Positions 28,012-37,843 of a DNA stretch of 50,659 bases are shown piece by piece (the first letter of the stretch is position 1; every line of letters begins with the position of its first letter). The stretch comes from an uncultured Propionivibrio sp. (GTDB taxonomy: Bacteria > Pseudomonadota > Gammaproteobacteria > Burkholderiales > Rhodocyclaceae): contig CAYTWY010000002.1 in the NCBI GenBank assembly GCA_964440925.1, positions 1 to 50,659 on the forward strand, written 5' to 3'. A model generated the notes under the pieces. The model worked only from the letters and a program-made list of their open reading frames with translations. It searched no databases and was not told where the DNA came from. The translations under genes and the position numbers were made by a program.

Positions 28012-28962
28012 ATGAAAGCGGACGATATCAATGTCAATCGTTTTGTCCTGGATCCGAAATCGACAGCGGAAATTCAGGCCAAATTCAAAAGCGATCCTCA
28101 AACCGGACTGAAAGCGGCGGCGCAACAGTTCGAGGGCATGCTGTTGCAAATGGTGCTGAAAAGCATGCGCGATACGGTGCCGCAGGATGGCTTGATGGAG
28201 AGCGATCAGACCCGCTTCTATACTTCGATCATGGATCAGCAGCTGGCGCAGAACCTTTCTGCGCGCGGAACTCTCGGGTTTGCCCAGTTGATTGAGCAGC
28301 AACTGGGGCGCAATACGTCCGCTGGCTTGTCCGGCCAGGCCGCTTCCTCGCTCGATGTCCTGCAACAGTCGCTGCTGCGGCAAAAGCTTCTCGACTTGCA
28401 ACAGGCATCGCCGGTTTCTCCGCTAACGCCCGGCGGGCGCGCCTCTGGTACGGCATCGGTACAGGAAGGGGCGACTTCATCCGGCGCGACTGGCAGTACG
28501 CGCGAGTTTGTTAACCGGGTCTGGCCGTATGCCCAGGAGGCGGCTTATCGTCTCGGTGTCCCGACCAGGTTCCTGGTGGCGCATTCGGCGCTCGAAAGTG
28601 GCTGGGGGCGGAGCGAGATCCGGTTGCCGGACGGCTCGCCAAGCTACAACCTGTTTGGAGTCAAGGCCGGGCGTAGTTGGGGCGGGAGCGTCGTCGAAGT
28701 TCAAACGACCGAATACGTCAATGGCGAGGCCCAGTCGGCGCGCGAGAAATTCCGCGTTTATTCCTCGTATGCCGAGGCCTTTCAGGATTACGCGAATTTG
28801 CTCAAAAACTCGCCGCGGTTTTCCCATGTCGTCGGTCAGCAGGATGGCACGCAGTTTGCTCGTGCACTGCAGCAGGCCGGTTATGCGACGGATCCGGCCT
28901 ATGCGGAAAAACTTGGTCGCATTATCAACAGTTCCAGCCTGCAGCAGGCGATTGTCGGCTGA
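28012..28962 (+). CDS. flgJ: Rod cap / peptidoglycan hydrolase FlgJ
   Basis: AAQQFEGMLLQMVLKSMRD rod-binding domain; ALESGWG, NLFGVKA, GYATDPAY glucosaminidase motifs. Confidence 0.96.
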   Translation: MKADDINVNRFVLDPKSTAEIQAKFKSDPQTGLKAAAQQFEGMLLQMVLKSMRDTVPQDGLMESDQTRFYTSIMDQQLAQNLSARGTLGFAQLIEQQLGRNTSAGLSGQAASSLDVLQQSLLRQKLLDLQQASPVSPLTPGGRASGTASVQEGATSSGATGSTREFVNRVWPYAQEAAYRLGVPTRFLVAHSALESGWGRSEIRLPDGSPSYNLFGVKAGRSWGGSVVEVQTTEYVNGEAQSAREKFRVYSSYAEAFQDYANLLKNSPRFSHVVGQQDGTQFARALQQAGYATDPAYAEKLGRIINSSSLQQAIVG

Positions 28963-29018
28963 TCGGCTCAATATTCGGCCACCACTGCCGTTAAGGACAA
29001 ATAACAGGAGCACAGGTC

Positions 29019-31259
29019 ATGAGTGTCGGATTACTGAGTTCGGCCATTTCGGGCATGCAGGCGGCGCAACTGGGGTTGCAGACGGCCGGGCATAACATCA
29101 CCAACCAGAATACGGATGGCTACAATCGTCAGCGGATCGTTCAGGCTACCAACATCGCCTTGCAGACAGGTTCCGGTTACGTCGGGCAAGGGGTTCATGT
29201 GTCGACGATCGAGCGGGTGTACGACAGTTTTCTGGCCAAGCAGATCAATCGTACGCAAACGGTGAGCAGTGAACTGAATACTTACTATACGCAGATTACT
29301 CAGATCGATAACATGCTGGCCGACGAAGATGCCGGCCTGTCTTCAGCGCTCCAGGATTTTTTCACCGGTGTGCAGCAGGTGGCGGCCAATCCGTCGCAAG
29401 TATCGTCGCGACAAACCATGATTTCATCGGCACAGGTTCTGGTGGCGCGGTTCAATGCGCTGGAAGACCGGTTGCAGCAGATGTACGAAGATGTAAACAA
29501 CAGCATGCTGACGCAGGTTGATGCGATCAATTCCTATGCCAGACAGGTTGGCGAACTGAACCAGAACATCATCATTGCTCAATCGTCTACAAACCAGCCG
29601 GCCAACGATCTTCTCGATCAGCGTGACCAGTTGGTGGCCGAGTTGAACAAGCTCATTCAGGTTACCACGACCACCAATACCGACGGCAGTTTCAATGTGT
29701 TTTTCGGCACCGGGCAGCAATTGGTCGTCGGAACGCAGGTCATGACGATGACGGCTGCGCCGTCGGCTGCCGATTCGACGCGCTATGCGGTGGGACTCGT
29801 TAATAACGGCAGTGTTCAGGAACTTCCCGAATCGCTGCTTACCGGAGGCAGCCTGGGGGGGGTGCTCAAATTCCGCAGCGAGGCGATTGACCATACGTCC
29901 AACGAGCTGGGGCGCAATGCGGCGTCCCTGGCGCTGACCTTCAATGCCCAATATGCGCTGGGGCAGAACCTGCTCGGTCAGTCCGTTGGCGATACGGGGT
30001 TCGTCGATTCGTTCTTTACCCTGTCCGGGCCGGTGGTGATTGCCAATACGCGCAACAGCATGACCAGTCCGGCAGTCGTTACGGCGACCCTGAGTGCTCC
30101 CTCGGTTGGCGGTCAATATGCGCTGACGCGGGATAGCGCCGCGACGGCGCCTTTTACCTATACCCTGACCCGGCTTTGCGACGGGACGAGCTGGAGTGCC
30201 AGCGGGGCGGACGTGAGCAGCGCTATTGCGGCGCTGCAGGCAAATGTTCCGTCCAGCGAGGGAATCGTGCTGGGGGGCGCGGCGCTGAATCCGGGGGGGG
30301 CGACGCAAGTTTACGGCAATGCGGCAAACAGTGCCAATTTCTATACGAAACTGACGGCTTCGGATTACCGCTTGTCGTACAACGGCACCGACTATACCGT
30401 CCTTCGCCTGTCCGACGGAGCTTCCTGGAGCAATACCGACCTAGACGATTTGTCAGCGCAGCTTTCTACGAGTGAGGGATTTTCCATCGCTCTGGCCTCA
30501 GGAACAATGGTCAATGGTGATTCGTTCATCATCAAACCGGTAGATGAAGCGGCGAGAAATCTGGCCATCAATTCGACGACCGCCGCCGATCCCCGACTGA
30601 TTAACGCGGCGACCCCGTTCATGACCGCCGCTACGGCAAGCAACAAGGGGTCGGGGAAAATCTCGAGCGGCGTGGCTTTGGCCGGATTCGGTGCGGCATC
30701 GGTTCCGGCAGGCGGGGTGACGTTGACCTATGCCAGTGCGACCGGCAACCTGACGCTGTCCGGTGTTCCTGCCGGCGTCAATGTTTCGGTTACAGTGAGT
30801 GGATCGACGAGTGTCTATGCCGGTCCTGACATTCCGTATACATCGGGGGCGACCATTGCGTTTTCCGGTGTGAGTTTTGAGATTTCAGGAAATCTGGATA
30901 ACGGCGATTCTTTTTCACTTGGCGAAAACACCGCCGGCGTCTCGGATGCCCGGAACGCTCTGTTGCTGGGTAAGCTGCAGATGCAGAAAACCATGTCCGG
31001 GGCCACCGCCAGCTACCAGACGGCGTATGCCCAGCTGGTCAGTTATGTCGGCAACAAGACAAGGCAGCTGTCGGTCACCGGCGAGGCGCAAGCGGCGTTG
31101 CTCGAACAGGCGCAGAGTGCGCGCGAGTCCCTGTCGGGCGTCAATCTCGATGAGGAAGCGGCCAACCTGATTCGTTATCAACAGGCGTACCAAGCTTCGG
31201 CGAAAGCGCTACAGAGCGGCATTACCCTATTCGATACCCTGCTGGGCATCATGGATTAA
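29019..31259 (+). CDS. flgK: Hook-associated protein FlgK (long, 746 aa)
   Basis: GHNITNQNTDGYNRQ, NDLLDQRD, SGVNLDEEAANLIRYQQAYQASAK. Confidence 0.96.
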   Translation: MSVGLLSSAISGMQAAQLGLQTAGHNITNQNTDGYNRQRIVQATNIALQTGSGYVGQGVHVSTIERVYDSFLAKQINRTQTVSSELNTYYTQITQIDNMLADEDAGLSSALQDFFTGVQQVAANPSQVSSRQTMISSAQVLVARFNALEDRLQQMYEDVNNSMLTQVDAINSYARQVGELNQNIIIAQSSTNQPANDLLDQRDQLVAELNKLIQVTTTTNTDGSFNVFFGTGQQLVVGTQVMTMTAAPSAADSTRYAVGLVNNGSVQELPESLLTGGSLGGVLKFRSEAIDHTSNELGRNAASLALTFNAQYALGQNLLGQSVGDTGFVDSFFTLSGPVVIANTRNSMTSPAVVTATLSAPSVGGQYALTRDSAATAPFTYTLTRLCDGTSWSASGADVSSAIAALQANVPSSEGIVLGGAALNPGGATQVYGNAANSANFYTKLTASDYRLSYNGTDYTVLRLSDGASWSNTDLDDLSAQLSTSEGFSIALASGTMVNGDSFIIKPVDEAARNLAINSTTAADPRLINAATPFMTAATASNKGSGKISSGVALAGFGAASVPAGGVTLTYASATGNLTLSGVPAGVNVSVTVSGSTSVYAGPDIPYTSGATIAFSGVSFEISGNLDNGDSFSLGENTAGVSDARNALLLGKLQMQKTMSGATASYQTAYAQLVSYVGNKTRQLSVTGEAQAALLEQAQSARESLSGVNLDEEAANLIRYQQAYQASAKALQSGITLFDTLLGIMD

Positions 31260-31270
31260 GGGGAAAACTC

Positions 31271-32872
31271 ATGCGTATCAGCACCAATCAGATCTTCGAT
31301 TCCGGATCTTCCAGCATCCAGCGCGGGCAGAGCAGCCTGTACAAACTCCAGAACCAGTTGTCTTCGGGCAAGCGGGTTCTTACGCCGCAGGACGATCCGG
31401 TCGCGGCAGCGGAAGCGCTGGTCGTCACGCAGGCGAAGGAAGTCAATGCGCAATACATCGAAAATCAGGGGCAGGCAAAGAGTCAGCTGGGCCTTGTCGA
31501 TAGCCAGTTGTCCTCGATCATTGACGTGCTGCAGAACGTGCGCGACAAGGTCATTCAGGCGGGAAACACGAAAACCCTGAGCAATTCGGATCGGCAGTCG
31601 ATTGCCAGCGAGATCGAATCGCGCCTGGGCGAAGTCCTGGCGATCGCCAATAGCGACAACGGCGTGGGCGAATATCTGTTTTCCGGGTACAAGGGCAATG
31701 TTCTGCCGTTTGCCGTCGATGCCTCGAAATCGGCCATTACGCCGGCGACGACTTCGCCGGTGGGCTACTTTGGCGACAGCGGTGAGCGTTTGCTCCAGGT
31801 CTCCTCCTCGCGCCAGATGCCGGTCAGCGTTTCGGGCGAAGACCTGTTCATGTCGATCAAGAACGGCAACGGAACCTTCGTGACGGCTACGGGAGGCAAT
31901 GTCGGGGTCAGTGTCGGGGTCAAGGATGCTGCGTCGACGGCGGTGGCCGATGCAGGAACAATCGTCGATCGTACGCTTTGGTCGGCGGCACAGGACAATG
32001 CCGCTGCCGGGCAGCCGCTGGAAATTCGCTTTGTGGACGATGCGGGAACCTTGAGTTACCAGATCTACGATCCTGTTGGCGGATCGTCGGCCCCTGTGGC
32101 CTATGTGGCGGGAAATCCGATTGCCTTGGTGACAGCTGGCGGAGTGAATTTTGGCGCGCAGGTGGTGGTGAATGGAGTGCCGGTCGTTGGCGATTCGTTC
32201 ATGATAGATCCGGGAAACAACCAAGGGTCGTGCATGATCGATAGCGGGTCGGTGCGCGATCCGCAGAAGTGGATGTTGGCTGTCGACAACGCTGCGGCAG
32301 GTTCGCCTCTCGAAATCCGTTTCGTCGACGTCGGTGGCGTGCTGAATTACGCAATATACGATCCGGTCGGTGGGACGACGTCACTGCAGCCCTATTCCTC
32401 GGGCCAGGCTATGGCTCTGAAAACGGCCAACGGGGTCGATTTCGGTGCGCAGGTTGTACTGACCGGAACGCCGGTCGCCGGCGATACCTTTACCGTTAGC
32501 GCGAGTTCCAATCAAAGCCTGTTCCAGACGTTGCAGAATATTCTTGGCGTCCTGCGTTCGCCGATCGGCGATTCGACCTATACGGCAACCGAGTACAGCA
32601 TTGATCTGGGAACGGAGCTGACCAATATCGACCAGGCTATCAATAACATTTCCAGAGTGCAATCGGCGGTCGGGACGAGAATGCAGGAAATCGAATCGCA
32701 AGGCAGTGTACTTTCCGATCTCGATATCCAGTATCAGGCAAAGCTTTCCGACCTCCAGGATCTGGATTACGCAGAGGCCATTTCGGATTTCATCAAGCAA
32801 CAGACGAATCTTGAAGCGGCGCAAAAATCCTTCGCCCAGATTTCTGGAATGAGCCTGTTCGATTACCTGTGA
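31271..32872 (+). CDS. flgL: Hook-associated protein FlgL (long, 533 aa, internal duplication)
   Basis: MRIST...QLSSGKRV...DDPVAA, GEYLFSG, DLDYAEAIS, SLFDYL. Confidence 0.96.
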   Translation: MRISTNQIFDSGSSSIQRGQSSLYKLQNQLSSGKRVLTPQDDPVAAAEALVVTQAKEVNAQYIENQGQAKSQLGLVDSQLSSIIDVLQNVRDKVIQAGNTKTLSNSDRQSIASEIESRLGEVLAIANSDNGVGEYLFSGYKGNVLPFAVDASKSAITPATTSPVGYFGDSGERLLQVSSSRQMPVSVSGEDLFMSIKNGNGTFVTATGGNVGVSVGVKDAASTAVADAGTIVDRTLWSAAQDNAAAGQPLEIRFVDDAGTLSYQIYDPVGGSSAPVAYVAGNPIALVTAGGVNFGAQVVVNGVPVVGDSFMIDPGNNQGSCMIDSGSVRDPQKWMLAVDNAAAGSPLEIRFVDVGGVLNYAIYDPVGGTTSLQPYSSGQAMALKTANGVDFGAQVVLTGTPVAGDTFTVSASSNQSLFQTLQNILGVLRSPIGDSTYTATEYSIDLGTELTNIDQAINNISRVQSAVGTRMQEIESQGSVLSDLDIQYQAKLSDLQDLDYAEAISDFIKQQTNLEAAQKSFAQISGMSLFDYL

Positions 32873-32879
32873 GGATGAT

Positions 32880-33431
32880 GTGATCCGGCTTTTCCTTCTT
32901 GTCGTGTTGCTCGCCGTTTCCGGCTGTTCGGGCGATGCGGCCTACGCATTGAGGGGAGAGCGTCGCGTCGTGAATTCCGACAGCGGAGAAATCCGCGCCC
33001 AGCCAGCGTTCAATCTGCCCGGGGACGCAAGCATCAGTGCCGAGACAGCAGCGGCTGCCGGGGCGCTTTATGTCTATGGCCATCCGGTCAAGGCGCTGGG
33101 TTTGCCGGGCAAAATATTCAGTCATTCGCAGTCGGCCTTGCTCTACGTTCTCTACGATCCACTGGCACCCAACTGGAGCCTCGAGGAAACGGCGTTTGGC
33201 GAGGAAACCTATCATCTTTCCCTGAAAGCCAAAGGGTTCAGGGTCGGTGGCGATGGCGAAGCGCTGCAGATCTTCAAGCGCAGAGCGGCGTATCTGCAGC
33301 GCGCGGGGGGGTTTTCGTCCTATCGCATTCTCGACTATTCTGAAGGCATCGAGTCGAGTACGCCGCTCACGCACCGTGTCGGCCAGGGAACCTTCCAGCT
33401 GGTTCGCGCTGCGGCGATGCCCGCACGATAA
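32880..33431 (+). CDS. Hypothetical lipoprotein at the end of the flg operon
   Basis: Signal peptide II with lipobox VSGC; GTG 7 bp after the flgL stop, preceded by GAGGA; it fills the gap before the convergent fliR. Confidence 0.75.
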   Translation: MIRLFLLVVLLAVSGCSGDAAYALRGERRVVNSDSGEIRAQPAFNLPGDASISAETAAAAGALYVYGHPVKALGLPGKIFSHSQSALLYVLYDPLAPNWSLEETAFGEETYHLSLKAKGFRVGGDGEALQIFKRRAAYLQRAGGFSSYRILDYSEGIESSTPLTHRVGQGTFQLVRAAAMPAR

Positions 33432-33457
33432 AAAGCGGGTAGCGGCCGCGTCGGGCT

Positions 33458-34237
33458 TTAGCCGACCACAAACCATCCCAGCATCGAGCGCAGGCCGGAT
33501 TCGAATAGTTGCTGCAATGGTGTGCCCAGGTAGGCCATGCTGGCTAGCAGGGCAAGAAAACCGAGGACGATGGTTACGGGAAAACCGATCGCGATCAGGT
33601 TCAGTTGTGGCGCAACGCGTCCCAGAACGCCGAGAGCGATATTGGCGATCAGCAGGGCGACAATCATCGGCAAGGCAAGGAAAACCCCCGAAGAGAAAAT
33701 AATGCCTCCGGCCATGGCGATATTCAGCCAAGAGGCATTTGTGGCGACGCCGATGCCGATCGGAAGTGCCGTGAAGCTTTGCACCAATGCACTAATGACC
33801 AGCAGGTGGCCATCGATGGCCATGAAGGTGAGCAGGGCGAGCAGACCAATGAATTCCGAGACGACAGTGGCTTGCGAAGCATTCTGCGGATCGTAAGAGG
33901 TGGCAAACCCCAGCCCCATCTGGTTACCGATTATGGTGCCGGAGAGGTCGATGGCGCTGAATACCAAGCGCAAGCAGAGTCCCATACCGAAGCCGATGAC
34001 GATTTGTTGCGCCAATACCAGCAATCCGTTCAGGCTGCCTGGAGCAAGGCCCGGTGTCGGAGGCAGTGCGGGGGTGACAGCCAAGGCAATGGCCAGACCG
34101 AGAAAAAGGCGGATCCGGAAGGAAAGGCCGGGATTGTTAAATGGCGGAGCTGCGGCTAGGAGAGCCAGAATGCGAGCCAGAGGGAAGAAGAAGGAGACTA
34201 TCCAGGCATTCAGTTCGGTGGTTGTCAGACTGATCAT
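33458..34237 (-). CDS. fliR: Flagellar export protein FliR
   Basis: Highly hydrophobic; QMGLGFATSYDP, GRVAPQLNL...GFP. Confidence 0.95.
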   Translation of the reverse strand: MISLTTTELNAWIVSFFFPLARILALLAAAPPFNNPGLSFRIRLFLGLAIALAVTPALPPTPGLAPGSLNGLLVLAQQIVIGFGMGLCLRLVFSAIDLSGTIIGNQMGLGFATSYDPQNASQATVVSEFIGLLALLTFMAIDGHLLVISALVQSFTALPIGIGVATNASWLNIAMAGGIIFSSGVFLALPMIVALLIANIALGVLGRVAPQLNLIAIGFPVTIVLGFLALLASMAYLGTPLQQLFESGLRSMLGWFVVG

Positions 34238-34244
34238 GCGCGGT

Positions 34245-34514
34245 CTAGCCGATGATCTGGGGAATGCTCTCGAACAGCCGGCGCATGTAATCGACCATGA
34301 TCTGCAGCATCCACGGCCCGGCCAGAATCAGAGCCAGTAGTATGCCGATCAATTTGGGAATGAACGAGAGGGTCTGCTCATTGATCTGCGTCGCGGCCTG
34401 GAAAATGCTGATGATCAGACCGATGACCAGGGCGGCGAGAAGCAGAGGCGCTGCCAGCACGAGGGTCATTTCAATGGCCTGGCGGCCAATCCCCATGATT
34501 ATTTCGGGCGTCAT
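34245..34514 (-). CDS. fliQ: Flagellar export protein FliQ
   Basis: MTPE...[17 protein letters not shown]...GPWM; 89 aa; ATG overlaps the fliP stop. Confidence 0.96.
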   Translation of the reverse strand: MTPEIIMGIGRQAIEMTLVLAAPLLLAALVIGLIISIFQAATQINEQTLSFIPKLIGILLALILAGPWMLQIMVDYMRRLFESIPQIIG

Positions 34515-35272
34515 GCGGAAAAACTCATGACCAGGGAGCCGAGCAGCAGATGCCAGCCATCGATGAGGACAAAAAGCATCAGCTTGAAGGGGAGCGCTAC
34601 CATGACCGGAGACATCATCATCATACCCATTGACATCAGAACGCTGGCTACAACCATGTCGATGATCAGAAAGGGAATAAAGATGATGAAACCGATCTGG
34701 AAGGCGGTTTTCAGTTCGCTGGTGACGAAAGCCGGAATCAGTACCCGCATTGGAACGTCGCTCACCGAAGCCAGTTTTGGTGTGCCTGCCAGACGGGCAA
34801 AAAGGCCGATGTCCGATTCGCGCGTCTGTTTCAGCATGAAAGTGCGTAACGGAACCGCGCCACGCTCGATGGCCTGGGTGAAGGTGATCCTGTTTTCCGA
34901 AAGCGGCTGATAGGCGTCGACATAAATCCGGTCGAGTACCGGCGACATGATAAAAAAGCTCAGGAACAGGGAGAGGGCAACCAGCACCTGATTGGGGGGG
35001 GAGGTCTGGGTACCGAGCGCGTGACGCAGGAGCGAGAGCACAATGATGATGCGGGTGAAGCTGGTCATCGTCAGCAAGATGGCCGGGATGAAGGTCAGTG
35101 CTGTCAGTGTCAGCAGGGTCTGGATGGACAGGGTGTAGGTCTGGCCGCCTCCGGCTCCGGGCGTGCTGGTCAGCGCAGGCAGGCCGCCGCTTTGAGCCCA
35201 TGCGACGAAGGGAACAAGCCCGAGAAGCAGGACGAATAGCGTGCGGAAGCGCAGGATTTTATGGCTGTTCAT
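34511..35272 (-). CDS. fliP: Flagellar export protein FliP
   Basis: [46 protein letters not shown]. Confidence 0.97.
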   Translation of the reverse strand: MNSHKILRFRTLFVLLLGLVPFVAWAQSGGLPALTSTPGAGGGQTYTLSIQTLLTLTALTFIPAILLTMTSFTRIIIVLSLLRHALGTQTSPPNQVLVALSLFLSFFIMSPVLDRIYVDAYQPLSENRITFTQAIERGAVPLRTFMLKQTRESDIGLFARLAGTPKLASVSDVPMRVLIPAFVTSELKTAFQIGFIIFIPFLIIDMVVASVLMSMGMMMMSPVMVALPFKLMLFVLIDGWHLLLGSLVMSFSA

Positions 35273-35699
35273 GATGGCGTTCGGTCAGCTGTTTCAGCCA
35301 ATGTCCGAAGGGTTTGTCGCGGTTTGGCGGGGGCGCGGCCTCTCCCTTGGGCAGGGTATGCAGCGTCTTGATCTGACCGGGAACGATGCCGACGACGAGC
35401 CAGGACTCGCCGACCTCGATAAGCACGATGCGTTCACGTGTGCCGACCATCAGGGCGCTGACGATGCGCAGCGGCCCGGCGTTGCCGAAATGTCCGCCTT
35501 GGTTCAGCCTGCGCAGAAGGAAAGCGCCGGCGAAAAGCAGGGCGACGATCAGGGTCAGAACCAGCAGGATCTGTGCGAGTGCGGTGCCGGAGACGCCAGG
35601 CGAATCGGCAGCGCTGGCTTGCGCGCAAGTCAGGCTGGGGTAAAGCAGCAGCCCCGGCAGGCAGGCTGAAAACGGCGGATATCGGCGGATTGTGGTCAA
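35259..35699 (-). CDS. fliO: Flagellar protein FliO
   Basis: Single TM followed by [21 protein letters not shown]; lies between fliN and fliP; start uncertain (TTG). Confidence 0.9.
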   Translation of the reverse strand: MTTIRRYPPFSACLPGLLLYPSLTCAQASAADSPGVSGTALAQILLVLTLIVALLFAGAFLLRRLNQGGHFGNAGPLRIVSALMVGTRERIVLIEVGESWLVVGIVPGQIKTLHTLPKGEAAPPPNRDKPFGHWLKQLTERHHEQP

Positions 35700-35786
35700 G
35701 GTGTTCGGCCAGTCAGTGTTTGGCCGCTATCTTAATGCATGCCGCGTTGCGGGGGAATCGTTACGGAAGAGGACACTGAGCGCAGC

Positions 35787-36212
35787 TCAGTGTCCGATCT
35801 TGCGCATGCGCTCCGAAGGCGTGATGATGTCGGTCAGACGGATGCCGAATTTGTCGTTGACCACCACGACTTCGCCTTGAGCGATCAATGTCCCGTTGAC
35901 GAAGACGCTCATCGGTTCGCCGGCCATTGCGTCCAGTTCGACCACTGAGCCATGTGCCAGCTGCAGCAGGTTTTTTATGGTGATTTTTGTGCGCCCCAGT
36001 TCGACGGCGATTTGAACCGGAATATCCAGGATCATGTCCAGTTCGTTCATCATCGAAGCCTTGCCATCGGTCTCGCCGAAAGACGGGAATATCTGTGCCG
36101 GTTGCGCAGCGCCAGCGTCTACACTTGCCTGCTCGGCCATGGCGGCGGCCCAATCGTCTTCGGCCGCGGTTCCTGTTGTGTCGGGGGTGTTGTTCTGCGT
36201 TTCGTCAGGCAT
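35787..36212 (-). CDS. fliN: Switch protein FliN
   Basis: DDWAAAMAEQ, ILDIPVQIAVELGRTK, GEVVVVNDKFGIR. Confidence 0.97.
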   Translation of the reverse strand: MPDETQNNTPDTTGTAAEDDWAAAMAEQASVDAGAAQPAQIFPSFGETDGKASMMNELDMILDIPVQIAVELGRTKITIKNLLQLAHGSVVELDAMAGEPMSVFVNGTLIAQGEVVVVNDKFGIRLTDIITPSERMRKIGH

Positions 36213-37209
36213 GGGTTTCTCCAAGAGAGATTTCTTCCGTCTCCGATGCGATGAAGCGTTCGATCTTGAGGGCGTATTGTCCCCCTTGCTGTCCGTAGCG
36301 GCATTCCATCAGAGGGATTTCATCGACATGGGCAATGATTTTGTCCGGAACGTTGACGGGAATGATATCTCCCGCCTTCATTTTCAGAACCTGTCCGAGC
36401 GTCAGCGTGGTTGTTGCCAAATGCGCGCAGACTTCAAGTTCGGCATCCTTTAGCTGCTTGCGCAGCATGACAATCCAGCGGTGATCGGTTGATAGCTGGT
36501 CGCTTTGCATCGAACTGTAGAGCAAATCGCGGATCGGTTCGACCATCGAGTAGGGGAAACAGATATGCATGTCGGCGGCAGTGCCGCCAAATTCGACCGA
36601 GAATGTGGTTGAAATGACAATTTCCGAGGGCGTTGCGATATTGGCAAACTGCGAGTTCATCTCGGAACGGATGTATTCGAAGGAGATGTTATATACCGGT
36701 TTCCAGGATCGCGCATATTCGGCGAATACGACGTTGAGCAGACCCTGGATGATGCGTTGTTCGGTCGGGGTGAAATCGCGTCCCTCGACCCGGGTATGGA
36801 AACGCCCGTCGCCGCCGAACATGTTGTCGACGACAAGAAAGACCAGGTTGGGATCGAAGACGAAAAGCGAGGTTCCGCGCAGAGGTTTGGCGGCGACCAG
36901 ATTGAGATTGGTCGGGACAACCAGATTGCGGATGAATTCGCTGTATTTCTGAACCCGGATCGGACCGACCGAGATCTCCGTGGTTCGGTGCATGTAATTG
37001 AACAGACCGATGCGCAGGTAGCGGGCAAAGCGTTCGTTAATCAGTTCAAGCGTGGGCATGCGCCCGCGCACGATCCGTTCCTGTGTGCCGATGTTGTACG
37101 GCCGAACCCCGCCTTCCTTGTCACCAGAAGATTCGGGTTCGTCCGTTTCGCCGGTGACGCCCTTGAGCAGGGCGTCGACCTCTTCCTGGGAGAGAAAATC
37201 GGTGGCCAT
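36205..37209 (-). CDS. fliM: Switch protein FliM
   Basis: LSQEEVDALL CheY-binding peptide; VRGRMPTLE; FGGDG; EGRDFT. Confidence 0.97.
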   Translation of the reverse strand: MATDFLSQEEVDALLKGVTGETDEPESSGDKEGGVRPYNIGTQERIVRGRMPTLELINERFARYLRIGLFNYMHRTTEISVGPIRVQKYSEFIRNLVVPTNLNLVAAKPLRGTSLFVFDPNLVFLVVDNMFGGDGRFHTRVEGRDFTPTEQRIIQGLLNVVFAEYARSWKPVYNISFEYIRSEMNSQFANIATPSEIVISTTFSVEFGGTAADMHICFPYSMVEPIRDLLYSSMQSDQLSTDHRWIVMLRKQLKDAELEVCAHLATTTLTLGQVLKMKAGDIIPVNVPDKIIAHVDEIPLMECRYGQQGGQYALKIERFIASETEEISLGETHA

Positions 37210-37217
37210 GGGAGTGC

Positions 37218-37772
37218 TTACTGGATAATGAAGGAGGTAAACAAGACCTCCTTGATCGGGACTTCGTCTGATGCGTTATCGACATCCGGTGCAAGAATCT
37301 GATTGATCAGGGCGCGGATTTCCTCGGCCAGCTTTTCCTTGCCTTCCTTGCTCAGCAATTCGGAAGCTTTCTTGCCCGAAAGGAGGAGCATGACGTTGTT
37401 GCGCAATTTCGGCGTGAAGGTCTTGAGCCGGTCGCCAACATGGAGGTCTTCAACTTCCACTGATAGTGTCAATTGCAGGAACTGTTCGCCATTTTCCGGA
37501 ACGAGATTGACGGTAAAGGCATCAAGCGCCACATAAACCGGGATGGCATCCTTGGCCGCTTTTTTCTTATCGATCTTCTCGCTGACCACCTCTCCTTCTT
37601 CACCTTCCTGGTCAGCGTGCTTGCCCATGAGTAACAGGGCGAGCCCTCCGCCTAAGAGCAAGGTAACGAGCAGTGCGGCGAGCAAAATGATCAGTAGCTT
37701 TTTGCTTTTGACTTGTGGCACGGGTTTGGCCGATTCGTCGACTTCTGCTTCAGATCTGGCTTCCTTGGCCAT
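37218..37772 (-). CDS. fliL: Basal body-associated protein FliL
   Basis: N-terminal TM; FTVNL; EGKEKL; C-terminal VLFTSFIIQ. Confidence 0.95.
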   Translation of the reverse strand: MAKEARSEAEVDESAKPVPQVKSKKLLIILLAALLVTLLLGGGLALLLMGKHADQEGEEGEVVSEKIDKKKAAKDAIPVYVALDAFTVNLVPENGEQFLQLTLSVEVEDLHVGDRLKTFTPKLRNNVMLLLSGKKASELLSKEGKEKLAEEIRALINQILAPDVDNASDEVPIKEVLFTSFIIQ

Positions 37773-37843
37773 ATGTCAGCCCTCCCATTCGTTTCTGTTG
37801 TTTTGCATTCGCAAAGGCGTACATGTTCTTTCTGCCGGAGCGA

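Noticed and set aside
34245-35201. Apparent 318-aa FliQ with a long N-terminal extension
   Set aside because: The extension overlaps fliP in another frame; the real FliQ starts at ATG 34514 and is 89 aa.
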